Assembly: GCA_963845515.1 (NCBI GenBank)
Contig: CAWJSR010000012.1
Location: 1 to 64,000 of the forward strand
Origin: an uncultured delta proteobacterium
Lineage (GTDB): Bacteria; Myxococcota; Myxococcia; Myxococcales; Anaeromyxobacteraceae
Reading direction: 5' to 3'
DNA: 64,000 nt
Positions 54,701-64,000 of the stretch are shown here, piece after piece; the first letter of the stretch is position 1, and the number at the start of each line of letters is the position of its first letter. Position numbers and translations under genes: made by a program. Under the pieces are notes generated by a model. The model worked only from the letters and a program-made list of their open reading frames with translations, was not told where the DNA came from and did not search any database.

Positions 54701-55659
54701 GCGACAAGCCGATGGAGCCCGGGGCCGAGCCGCAGCCGGGCGCGGCGCCAGGGGTCTCCGAGGACGAGCTCCGCACGCTGCAGCAGGCGGAGGAGGCGAA
54801 GGGGGACCCCGACCTGGACGAGGTCGAGACCGCCCAGATCGACGTCGCCGACGAGAAGGAGGAGCCCTTCGAGAAGCTGCAGGCCTCCGCCCGCCGCCTC
54901 TCGCCGGAGCGGGTCCGGACGATCGTCGAGACGCTCCTGTTCGTCGCCGAGCGGCCGCTCTCCGTGCTGGAGATCCGGCAGGCCACCGGCGTCGACGAGG
55001 AGCGGCTCGCCAAGGCGCTCGACCAGCTCTCCGGCCACTACCGGGAGGGGATCTGCGGCATCGTCCTGCACGAGGTCGCAGGCGGCTGGCAGCTCCGGAC
55101 GTCGCCGCTCAACTCGGACTCTGCCCGCCGGTTCCTGCGGATCAAGCCCCAGCGGCTCACCCGCGCGGCGCTCGAGACCCTGGCGATCATCGCCTACCGG
55201 CAGCCCGTGACGCGCCCCGAGATCGAGGAGATCCGGGCGGTCGACTGCGGCGCCGTCGTGAAGGCCCTGCTCGAGCGGAAGCTCATCAAGATCCTGGGCA
55301 AGAAGGAGGAGCCAGGCCGTCCGATCCTCTACGGGACCAGCCGCGAGTTCCTCGAGTTCTTCGCCTTGAAGGATCTCGCCTCGCTCCCGACGCTGCGCGA
55401 GTTCCACGAGCTGTCCCGGGAGAACAGGGACATCGTGGAGAAGGAGACTGCGCCTCCGCCCAACGTCCAGGGGTTGGTCGAGGAGCTCTCCGATCCGGCG
55501 CTGCAGGCGGCGCTGGAGGCCTCCCGCGCGCAGAGCGACGCGGCGCTGGACGAGCTGGAGAAGGCGATGGAGCTGGCGGAGGAGAAGGGGCGGGCGGCGT
55601 CCGCGGCGCTGGAGAGCGCGCGGACGCCAGTCGAGCCGGACGATGGGACGGTGGGGTGA
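54697..55659 (+). CDS. scpB: Segregation and condensation protein B
   Basis: ETLLFVA, LETLAIIAYRQPVTR, GRPILYGT..FL..F.L..L..LP. Confidence 0.95.
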   Translation: MSDKPMEPGAEPQPGAAPGVSEDELRTLQQAEEAKGDPDLDEVETAQIDVADEKEEPFEKLQASARRLSPERVRTIVETLLFVAERPLSVLEIRQATGVDEERLAKALDQLSGHYREGICGIVLHEVAGGWQLRTSPLNSDSARRFLRIKPQRLTRAALETLAIIAYRQPVTRPEIEEIRAVDCGAVVKALLERKLIKILGKKEEPGRPILYGTSREFLEFFALKDLASLPTLREFHELSRENRDIVEKETAPPPNVQGLVEELSDPALQAALEASRAQSDAALDELEKAMELAEEKGRAASAALESARTPVEPDDGTVG

Positions 55660-55661
55660 CC

Positions 55662-56942
55662 ATGGTGACTCTCGAACGGCTGCAGAAGTACCTCGCCGCA
55701 GCAGGCGTGACGTCGCGCCGCCGGGCGGAGGAGCTGATCGTCGCTGGGCGCGTGGTGGTGAACGGCAAGATCGTCCGCGAGCTGGGGAGCAAGATCGATC
55801 CGGAGACCGACCTCGTCGTGGTCGACGGCAAGCCGGTCCTCCGCAACGACACGCGCGCCTATTACCTGCTCTACAAGCCCTCGGGCTGCGTCACGACCGC
55901 GTCGGATCCGCAGGGGCGCCCGAAGGCCATCGACTACCTCCGCGGCATCCACGAGCGCGTCTTCGCCGTCGGCAGGCTCGACTACGACGCCGAGGGGGCG
56001 ATCCTCTTCACCGACGACGGCGAGCTGGCGAACCGGCTGGCGCACCCGCGCTACGGGCACGCGCGCACGTACCTCGCCAAGATCAGGGGCGAGCCGAGCG
56101 AGGCCGCCATGGATCGGATGAAGGCGGGCGTCCGGCTCGAGGACGGCCCGGCCAAGGCGCTGGAGGTCGCCGTCCACGAGAAGACCGAGAAGAACACGTG
56201 GATACGGATCGTGGTCGGGGAGGGGAGGTTCCACCTCGTGAAGCGGCTCTGCGAGGCGGTCGGGCTCCAGATCCAGCGGCTCTACCGGCCCGAGTTCGGC
56301 GGCGTCACGGTGGAGGGGCTGCGCGCCGGAGAGTTCCGCGCGCTCACGCCGAACGAGGTGAAGGCGATGAAGGCGCTCGTCGGCCTCGTCGCCGCCGGCA
56401 AGGAGATCCCCGCGCGGCCGCTCGGGAAGCTCCCACGAGCCGCGCGCCGACACGGCCACGGCCCGCCGTCCACGGACCCTGACGCCGCGCCCTACGTCAG
56501 GCCACCCGCGCCCGACGAGCAGGACGAGGGACCCGGCGCTGCTGCGTCTGCGCCGCGAGACGAGGCCGGGCAGGACGTCCTTCCCAAGCGCACGCCTCCG
56601 AGGAAGCTACGGGATGGCCGCGACAACCGGTTCAGCCGCGCGCCGGTGAAGAAGAAGGCCCCGGCCGGCCGCGAAGACCGCCCCGGAGGCTCGCCGGATC
56701 AGCGAGGCCCGGCCAGGAGGGACGACCGCACCGGACGTTCGCCGTCGTCCCAGAGATCTTCGTCCGGGCGGAGCGAACGGTCCGCTGGGGCGCAGCCAAC
56801 CAGGAAGGCCCCGGCCGGCCGCCACGACGACCGCACAGGCCGCTCGCCGCCGAGGAAGGGCCCTCCGGGAGGGCGCGAGGAACGCCCCGGCAGCCCTGCG
56901 CGCGGTGGCGGGCCCAGGCGCGGCCCGCGCGGAAGAGGGTGA
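55662..56942 (+). CDS. rluB: Ribosomal large-subunit pseudouridine synthase (RluB-like) with a long basic tail
   Basis: S4 domain ERLQKYLA..SRRRAEELI; VGRLD; EGRFH; follows scpB. Confidence 0.88.
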   Translation: MVTLERLQKYLAAAGVTSRRRAEELIVAGRVVVNGKIVRELGSKIDPETDLVVVDGKPVLRNDTRAYYLLYKPSGCVTTASDPQGRPKAIDYLRGIHERVFAVGRLDYDAEGAILFTDDGELANRLAHPRYGHARTYLAKIRGEPSEAAMDRMKAGVRLEDGPAKALEVAVHEKTEKNTWIRIVVGEGRFHLVKRLCEAVGLQIQRLYRPEFGGVTVEGLRAGEFRALTPNEVKAMKALVGLVAAGKEIPARPLGKLPRAARRHGHGPPSTDPDAAPYVRPPAPDEQDEGPGAAASAPRDEAGQDVLPKRTPPRKLRDGRDNRFSRAPVKKKAPAGREDRPGGSPDQRGPARRDDRTGRSPSSQRSSSGRSERSAGAQPTRKAPAGRHDDRTGRSPPRKGPPGGREERPGSPARGGGPRRGPRGRG

Positions 56943-56944
56943 GG

Positions 56945-59009
56945 ATGCAGGGACGCTCTGCGCCCGCGGCAGCTCTCCTCGCGCTCCTCGCCGCGCTCTC
57001 GGCGTGCAGGGGCAGCGTGGACTCCACCTCGCCAGTCCGGCGAGCCGCGGCGGTCCGCCGGCTCGCCTCTGATCCGGGGGACGGGCCAGTCCCGGCCCTG
57101 CTCGTCGCCCAGCGCGATCCGAGCGCGCTCGTCCGCAAGGCCGCCGCCGAGGCGCTCGCCGAGCGCCGCGGACCGTACGCCGCCGAGGCGCTCGGCGCGA
57201 TGCTCGGCGACGTCGACTCCGGCGTGGCGACCGCCGCCGCGACGGGGCTCGCCCACCTCGGTGACCTCGTGGCCTCGCGGGCTGCGCTGGTCGATGGCTA
57301 CGCCGTGGCCTCACCTGCGGGGCGCACGGCCATCGCTGCGGCGCTCACCGAGTTGGGGATCTCGCTGCGGGACGCAGTGGAGGCCGAGTCGCGCTGGCGC
57401 TGGGCCAGGAACATCGCCGCGCTGGCGGCAGGCTCACCCGAGGCGCGCGCCGGGGCAGCCGAGGAGCTGGGCGCCAGCGGCCGGACGGAGGCCGTGACCC
57501 GGCTCCGCGAGCTGATCGCGCGTCCCGGCGAGGACCGGCGCGTCGTCGCCGCAGCCTTTCGCGCGCTCGGGGAGGCCGGGGACACGTCGGTTCGCCCGCT
57601 CCTCGAGACCGAGCTCCTCAAGGCGGACCTGGACGTCGCGCAGGCCGCCGCCAGCGCGCTCGGGCGGCTCGGCGACCCCGCCGCGACCCCGGCCCTCGCG
57701 CGCGTCGCGGCGGGCGGCTCGGCGGGCCCGAACCGTGCTGCGCTCGAGGCGCTGACGGAGCTGCCGGCTGCGCCCGAGGTCTCCCAGGCGCTCTGCGGCG
57801 TCGCGCAGCGCTCCTCGGTCCCGTCCATCGCAGGCAGGGCGGCGCGCGCCGCGTGGGGCCGCAACGCCGACTGCCCGGCCTCCGCGCTGGCCGCGCGCGC
57901 CGGGCGAGGGGACGCGGCGGCCCTCGCGGCGATCATCGAGCTCCATCCGGAGCCATCCGTGGTGGCGCCGCTCGCTGCGCGACTCGTGGCGCTCGTGTCC
58001 AACCCGCGCTCCTCCAGCGATCAGCGCCGCAGGGTTGCGACGGCGCTGGGGCAGCTCGCCTGGGGCCCTGCCGGAGCGCCGATGGAGGGGAGAGCGCGTG
58101 AGCTCCTCGCGCGGGTAGCCGTGGCGCGGGCGTCCTGGATCCCGGGCCGCTTCTCCGGGGATCAGCCCGAGCTTCCAGGTGATGCCCGCGCCCGCTTCGA
58201 GTGGCTGCAGGCCCGCTCCTCGGTCGTGGCGCCCCGCGCCGACGGTGCCCCGGCCGTGAGGGAGTGGATCGAATCCGACGCGCGAGGACGACCGCGAGGA
58301 GCTGGGCACGCTCTTGAAGGCGCTCGGCCAGCTTCAGTCCGCCGACGCCAGGACGCTCCACCTCGCTGCGGTCGGCGACCCCTCGACGACCATTCGAGCG
58401 GCCGCCGTGGAGGGGCTCGGCTACCTCGGCGGCGCGGCACCGGCGCCCGAGCTGCTCAGGGCCCTGACGGACACCTCGGAGCGCGTGAGGCTCGCTGCCT
58501 TGAGAGTGCTGCCGCGCTATGGACCGGGTGCCGTCCCGGCGCTCGCCGAGGCGGTGCGCGCGGCTGGCGGACGCGACGGCCACTGGAGCGACGCCCTGGC
58601 TCGGGCGCTAGGCGAGACGGGCACGCCCGAGGCGCTGGCGCCGCTGGCCCTCCTGCTGGAAGGGCCGGCGCCCGGCGCAGCGGCGAGCGCCATCGCGGCC
58701 GTTGGAGTCCCTCCAGGCGCCGAGCCGCTGCTGGCTCACCTCGCCCGGAAGGACGCCCCCGGACGGGTCGAGGCGCTGGATGCGCTCGCCCAGCTGGCGT
58801 CCGGGAACGCCGGGCCCGCCATGGAGGCGGAGCTGCTCTCCGAGACCCCGGAAGTCCGCGTCGCAGCGGCGCGGGCGATCGGCAGGCTCAAGTACGAGCC
58901 CGCGTCACATCGGCTCGAGGCGCTCCGCGTGGACTACGACGGCCGCGTGCGCAGGGCGACGATCGAGGCGCTGGCGAGGCTCCCGAGCGGCCGGCCGGGG
59001 GCTCGCTAA
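56945..59009 (+). CDS. HEAT-repeat lipoprotein; frameshift near 58290
   Basis: Lipobox LSAC; repeats VRKAAAEAL, IRAAAVEGLG, VRVAAARAIG. Confidence 0.8.
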
Positions 59010-59046
59010 AGGGGATCCAGGCGGGCCGTCATGATAAGCAGGAGCG

Positions 59047-60859
59047 ATGGCCGATCTCCGCAAGCTCAAGGACAAGGCCGCCGAGCTCGCCGCGAAGGGC
59101 AAGGTGGAGAAGGCGTCCTCCGTCTATCGCGAGGTCGTCGAGGCCGATCCCAAGGATCTCACCTCCCGCCAGAAGCTGGCCGAGGTCCTGCGCCGTTCCG
59201 GGCAGATCGCCGATGCGATCGAGGAGTACAAGCTCGTCGCCGATCGCTTCGCCCAGGACGGGCTGCTCATCAAGGCGATCGCCATCTGCAAGACCATCCT
59301 GGAGCTGGATCCGCAGCACGTCGAGACGCAGCAGGCGCTCGCCGAGCTCTTCTCGCGCCGTCAGGCGAGCGACGCCGCGAGGCCTCCGGTCCGCCAGACC
59401 CTGATGATGGCCGTGGCTCACGCCCCGGCAGGCGCTGCGCCAGCGCAGCCGCCACCGCGCCCTGCCGACGAGCGGTCCGTCGTCATCCGGCTCTCGCCGC
59501 CGGCCCAGCCTGCGCCTCCGCGCTCGACGGGCAGCTTCAGGGCGATAGTCCCGCCGCCACCGCCCCCCGACCCGTTCTCCGCGCCGCTGCCGCCCGAGGC
59601 CGACGATCCCTTCGCCGCCCCGCTGCCGCCGCAGGCGCTGGACCCGTACGTGCCGCCGCCGGCGCCAGAGGACGAGGCCGTAACGCTCGGCGGTAACGAG
59701 CTCTCGCCAACCGAAGCGGCCGACGCCACGGCGCTCTCCCAGATCGTCGAGGCGGCCGAGCTCGCCGTGCAGGACGGCATCGTCGAAGAGCTGATCCTGG
59801 AGGTCGACGAGCCGCTGGCCTTCGAGGAGGCGGAGATGCGAGATCGCGCCGGAGCCGCTCCCCGCGCCGCCGCCGCTGCCGGCCCGCGCCTCGCCTCCGG
59901 CGGCCGCCGCGCTGCGCCCACCTGCGCCGCCCCCCCAGGCCGCCGCGCCGCGCCCATCTGTGCCGCCGCCTGCGGCGATGCCTGCCGCCCCCCAGAGGCC
60001 ACCGCCGGGCCGGCCCGCCGGGCTGCCGACCATTCCGATCTTCTCGGATCTCGGACGGGACGCGTTCATGGCGCTCATGCAGGGGATGGTCCTGCACCGG
60101 ATCGGCCAGGGGGACACCGTCCTGCGGGAGGGAGAGAGCGGCAACAGCTTCTTCGTCGTCGCGACGGGGCGCTTCACCGTCTCGAAGCGGGACGAGGTGG
60201 GGGAGCAGATCCTCCTCGCGCACCTCGGGGAAGGGGACTTCTTCGGGGAGATGGCGCTCCTGTCCGGCGCGCCCAGGGCGGCGAGCGTGACCGCCGACGT
60301 CCCCTCCGAGGTCCTGGAGTTCAAGCCGGACGTCCTGGTCTCCATCGCGCGCCAGCACCCCCAGCTCGCCCAGTCGATCCGGCGGTTCTACCGGCAGCGG
60401 CTCCTCGCCAACGCGCTGGCCACCAGCGCGGTGTTCCGCCCGTTCCCGACCGGCGATCGCAAGCTCATCATGTCCAGGTTCGTCGCGCGCGAGACGAAGG
60501 CCGGCGAGGCGATCATCCGGGAAGGGGAGCCCTCCGACGGGCTCTACGTGGTCCTCGAGGGGTCGGTCGACGTCCTCAAGCGCCAGATGGGGAAGGACGT
60601 CCTGGTGAGCCAGCTCCGCGAAGGGGACCTCTTCGGCGAGATGAGCTGCCTGCGCAAGATCCCGGCGACGGCCTCGATCGTGGTCCGGAGGCCCGGGACG
60701 CTGCTGCGCCTCCCGCGCAAGACCTTCGACGAGCTGGTCGTCAGCTACCCGCAGATCCTGGAGCTGGTCAGCGACCTCTCGTCAGAGCGGACGGAGAACC
60801 TGGACGCCATCCTGTCCGGCCACGCCGAGTGGACCGACGAGGGGCTCGTCCTCACCTGA
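59047..60859 (+). CDS. TPR domain, Pro-rich linker and two cyclic-nucleotide-binding domains; frameshift near 59840
   Basis: N-terminal TPRs; FFGEMALLSGAPRAASV and LFGEMSCLRKIPATASI. Confidence 0.87.
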
Positions 60860-60880
60860 GCCGCTCGGCGAGCCGCAGGG

Positions 60881-61816
60881 TCACGCCCAGCGCCGGCGTC
60901 GGATGAGGAGCAGGAGCCCGACCGGCAGGAGCACCATCGCGCAGAGCACCGCCGGGATGGCGAGCCGCGGCGGGACGATCTCGAGGTTCATCCCGAAGAA
61001 GCCCGCCACGAAGTTGAGCGGCAGGAAGACGGTGGCGACGAGCGTGAGCCTCGTCGTGACCGCGGCCAGCCGGACGTTGGCGCGGGAGAGGTGGACCTCC
61101 ATGGCCGACGCCACCAGATCGCGGCTCGAGTCGATCTCCTCCGTGAGGCGCAGGACGTGGTCCGTCACGTCGCGGAAGTAGAGCGCCGTGGCGTCCTTGA
61201 CGAGCGCCTGACCCGGGCGCGCCAGCGCCGCGTAGACCTCGCGCTGTGGCGCGAGCCGGCGCCGAAGCAGCGCGTGGGAGCGGCGGGCGGAGACGATCCG
61301 CTCCAGGAGATCGGACGCCAGCTCGCTCTCCAGCGCCTCGTCCGTCAGCTCCTCGACCTCTCCGGTCAGCGCGTCCACCACGGCGAAGTGGATGTCGGTG
61401 ACGGCGTCGTGGAGCAGGTAGAGCGCGAAGTCGGGGCCGCGACAGAAGAGCGCCGGGTCGGCTGCGCAGCGAGAGAAGACCTCGTCGACCTGCGCGATCG
61501 GCGCGAGGTGGACCGTGACCAGCGCCTCGGACGTGAGGAACGCGTGGAGCTCGCTGGACTGGATGCCGCACTCGTCCGGCGCCGGTGAGAGCCGGTGAAC
61601 GACCGTGAAGAGGTGGTCCGCGTACTGCTCGAACTTCACCCGCTGCCCCTCGTGGACGCAGTCCTCGAGGGCCAGTGGGTGGAAGCCGAAGCGGGCGCCA
61701 AGGAAGGAGATCTCCTCGGCCGTGGGGGCCAGATCGATCCAGATCGGCGCGCCGGGGCCGGTCAGCTCCCGGCCACCCGTAAGCACCTGACCTCCCTCCA
61801 GCCGCAGCACCCTCAT
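60881..61816 (-). CDS. corA: CorA-family Mg2+/Co2+ transporter
   Basis: FHPLALED, YFRDVTDH, FLPLNFVAGFFGMN signature. Confidence 0.9.
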   Translation of the reverse strand: MRVLRLEGGQVLTGGRELTGPGAPIWIDLAPTAEEISFLGARFGFHPLALEDCVHEGQRVKFEQYADHLFTVVHRLSPAPDECGIQSSELHAFLTSEALVTVHLAPIAQVDEVFSRCAADPALFCRGPDFALYLLHDAVTDIHFAVVDALTGEVEELTDEALESELASDLLERIVSARRSHALLRRRLAPQREVYAALARPGQALVKDATALYFRDVTDHVLRLTEEIDSSRDLVASAMEVHLSRANVRLAAVTTRLTLVATVFLPLNFVAGFFGMNLEIVPPRLAIPAVLCAMVLLPVGLLLLIRRRRWA

Positions 61817-61865
61817 ACGGCGAGCCCCCCTCTTTCGACGAGCCTATCAGACCGGCGCGCGAGCG

Positions 61866-61894
61866 TTGTGGCACGCCCCCGGCAACGCTATAAA
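61866..61894 (+). promoter_or_regulatory. Sigma-70-type promoter for apbC
   Basis: TTGTGG-N17-TATAAA, ending 10 nt before ATG at 61905. Confidence 0.5.
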
Positions 61895-61904
61895 CACCGC
61901 GCAC

Positions 61905-62990
61905 ATGGCCATCGACAGAGACTCCGCCCTCGAGGCGCTGAAGAAGGTGAAGGACCCCGAGCTGGGGCGCGACCTCGTCACGCTCGGGATGGTGAAGGAG
62001 CTCGCGGTCAGCGGCGGCGCGGTCAAGGTGAACGTGGAGCTGACCACGCCCGCGTGCCCACTCCGCGAGACGATCCGGAAGGACGTCGAGGTGGCGCTCC
62101 GGGCCGCCGGCGCGACCGCGGTCGAGATCACCTTCGGCGCGCGCGTGCGCGGCGCCCCCGGGGTCGAGCACTCCCAGCTCACCCCCGGCGTGAAGAACAT
62201 CGTCCTCGTCGGCGCGGGCAAGGGCGGGGTGGGCAAGAGCACCGTCGCCATCAACGTCGCGGTGGCGCTCGCCACCACCGGGGCGCGGGTCGGCATCCTG
62301 GACGCGGACGTCTACGGCCCGTCGATCCCGATCCTCACCGGCATCACCGATCGCCCGACCTCGTCGGACGGCCAGAAGCTGCACCCGCTCCGCGCGCACG
62401 GGATCGACGTCATGTCGATCGGCTTCCTCGTCGACCCGGAGCAGCCGCTCATCTGGCGCGGCCCGATGGTCACCGGGGCGCTGATCCAGCTCCTCCGCGA
62501 CGTCGAGTGGGGCGAGCTCGACTACCTGATCCTCGACCTGCCGCCCGGCACCGGCGACGTGCCGCTCTCGCTGGCCCAGAACGTCAAGGCCGCCGGCGTG
62601 GTGCTCGTGTCGACGCCGCAGGACGTCGCGCTCGCCGACGTGATCCGGGCCAAGCTGATGTTCGACAAGGTCTCGATCCCGATCCTTGGGCTCGTCGAGA
62701 ACATGTCCTCCTTCGTCTGCCCGCACTGCCGGCAGGAGACGGCGATCTTCGACCACGGCGGGGCGCGCACCGCTGCCGACAAGATGGGGATCCGCTTCCT
62801 CGGCGAGATCCCGATCGACCTCGCGATCCGGCAGGGGGGCGACCAGGGTGTCCCCGTGGTCGCCGGCCAGCCAGACAGCCCTCAGGCACAGGCGTTCATG
62901 GCGGTGGCCCGCAACGTCGCTGGAGCGGTGAGCACGCAGGCGCTCAAGGCGCCGCGCCTCCCGGTCATCGGCGCCCAGGCGCGGACCTAG
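61905..62990 (+). CDS. apbC: Mrp/ApbC/NBP35 Fe-S cluster carrier ATPase
   Basis: LTTPACP, GKGGVGKST, DADVYGPS, WRGPM, DLPPGTGD, ENMS..CPHC. Confidence 0.93.
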   Translation: MAIDRDSALEALKKVKDPELGRDLVTLGMVKELAVSGGAVKVNVELTTPACPLRETIRKDVEVALRAAGATAVEITFGARVRGAPGVEHSQLTPGVKNIVLVGAGKGGVGKSTVAINVAVALATTGARVGILDADVYGPSIPILTGITDRPTSSDGQKLHPLRAHGIDVMSIGFLVDPEQPLIWRGPMVTGALIQLLRDVEWGELDYLILDLPPGTGDVPLSLAQNVKAAGVVLVSTPQDVALADVIRAKLMFDKVSIPILGLVENMSSFVCPHCRQETAIFDHGGARTAADKMGIRFLGEIPIDLAIRQGGDQGVPVVAGQPDSPQAQAFMAVARNVAGAVSTQALKAPRLPVIGAQART

Positions 62991-63000
62991 CCCGCTCGCC

Positions 63001-64000
63001 TCACCCGGCCAGCATGTCCGACCGCTCCTCCGACGGGAGGGTGAAGCGGAACGACGCGCCGTGGCCGACGTGCGACCTGACGGAGACGGTGCCGCCGTGC
63101 GCGTCGACGATCGCCTTCACGATGGCGAGCCCCAGCCCCAGCGAGCCACCGTTGCGGCCGGTGGGGGTGACGTCGCCGACCTGGTAGAGCCGGTCGAAGA
63201 TCAGCTCGATGTGCTCGCTGGAGATCCCCGGCCCGCTGTCGGCGACCGCGACCGAGAGCCAGCCGCCCGGCGCCCGTGCCGCGGCGAGCCTGATGGTGGC
63301 TCCCTCCGGGCTGAAGCGCTCGGCGTTGGAGAGCAGGTTCTGCAGGACCTGCAGCACCCGGCCGCGGTCACCGTAGGCGCGGGGCAGGGGGGTGGCCGTG
63401 CGGATGCGGGGCCGGATGTGGCGCTCCGCGAAGCGGGGGGCGAAGCCGGTGACCGCGTTGTGCATCACCTCCACGAGGTCGAACGGCTCCATCCGCAGCG
63501 CCTCCCGCGTCAGCTCGTGGCGGGAGAAGTCGAGCAGCTCGTCGATGAAGCCGCGGAGCCGCTTCCCCGACGAGAGGACCACCGAGAGCGCCGCCCGCTG
63601 CCGCGGCTGGACCGGTCCCAGCCGCTCGCCCAGGAGCAGGTCGGCGTACCCCAGGACGGTGACGAGTGGCGTCCGCAGCTCGTGCGAGATGTTGGCCAGG
63701 AAGTTGTCCTTCTTCCGGTCGGTCTCCTCCAGCGCCCGGACCGCGGCCTGAAGCTCCCGCGTGCGGCGGTCGACCTCGTACTCGAGGTGGGCCCGCTCCT
63801 CCCGCAGCACCCCGAAGAGCCGCGCCTTCTCCAGCGCGATCGAGGCGAGCAGCGCGAAGGCGTCGATCGCCTGCGGGTCGCTCCGTCGCCCAGGCGGCGC
63901 CGTCACGGCCAGGAGGCCGGTCGAGCGGCCGGCAGAGCGGATGGGGGCGAGGACGACGCGCCGGTACCCGAAGAGCCGGCCGATGGCCCGCACCTGGGCG
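63001..64000 (-). CDS. Sensor histidine kinase (GAF-HisKA-HATPase); 5' end outside the window
   Basis: SHELRTPL, NLLSNA, DSGPGI, GLGLAI. Confidence 0.93.
   Translation of the reverse strand, partial: AQVRAIGRLFGYRRVVLAPIRSAGRSTGLLAVTAPPGRRSDPQAIDAFALLASIALEKARLFGVLREERAHLEYEVDRRTRELQAAVRALEETDRKKDNFLANISHELRTPLVTVLGYADLLLGERLGPVQPRQRAALSVVLSSGKRLRGFIDELLDFSRHELTREALRMEPFDLVEVMHNAVTGFAPRFAERHIRPRIRTATPLPRAYGDRGRVLQVLQNLLSNAERFSPEGATIRLAAARAPGGWLSVAVADSGPGISSEHIELIFDRLYQVGDVTPTGRNGGSLGLGLAIVKAIVDAHGGTVSVRSHVGHGASFRFTLPSEERSDMLAG

Noticed and set aside
61869..61884. Sigma-54 promoter (TGGCAC, GG-N10-GC) before apbC
   Set aside because: The -12 element lacks TT, and a sigma-70 TTGTGG-N17-TATAAA fits the same bases better.

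Overview
The window looks like a mosaic of three unrelated DNA sources, joined in the middle of genes, and has many single-base indels typical of an unpolished long-read assembly. Segment 1 (about 1-11110; visibly lower GC, Chloroflexota-like by inference) holds a divergent pair of pentapeptide-repeat genes. One encodes about 1250 aa, punctuated nine times by a conserved TQIDPKWRLVWDIxTxGG module. It also has a PAS-PAS-GAF-PAS-GAF HisKA_3 kinase with a NarL-type regulator and a secreted beta-helix protein. Segment 2 (about 11110-14595; very GC-rich, actinobacterial-like) holds a Ca-repeat/Ig surface protein fragment, an arginase-family gene, an enoyl-CoA hydratase, a candidate sRNA of about 220 nt with its own promoter and terminator, and a truncated acyl-CoA dehydrogenase. 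Segment 3 (about 14596-64000; Myxococcota/Anaeromyxobacter-like) is mostly core genome: recG (3' half), pcm, thrC, tmk, a giant TPR protein, pgi, a RelE/ParE TA pair, mutL, a sigma-54 activator, lon, a coiled-coil/RelE-like fusion, lexA with operator, a UbiB-family kinase, mutS, two PpcA-like triheme cytochromes, an amidase, glnD, xerD, trpS, scpAB, rluB, HEAT and cNMP proteins, corA, apbC and a histidine kinase. No rRNA, tRNA, CRISPR array or transposase was seen. All calls come from motif recognition by eye; no database search was run.
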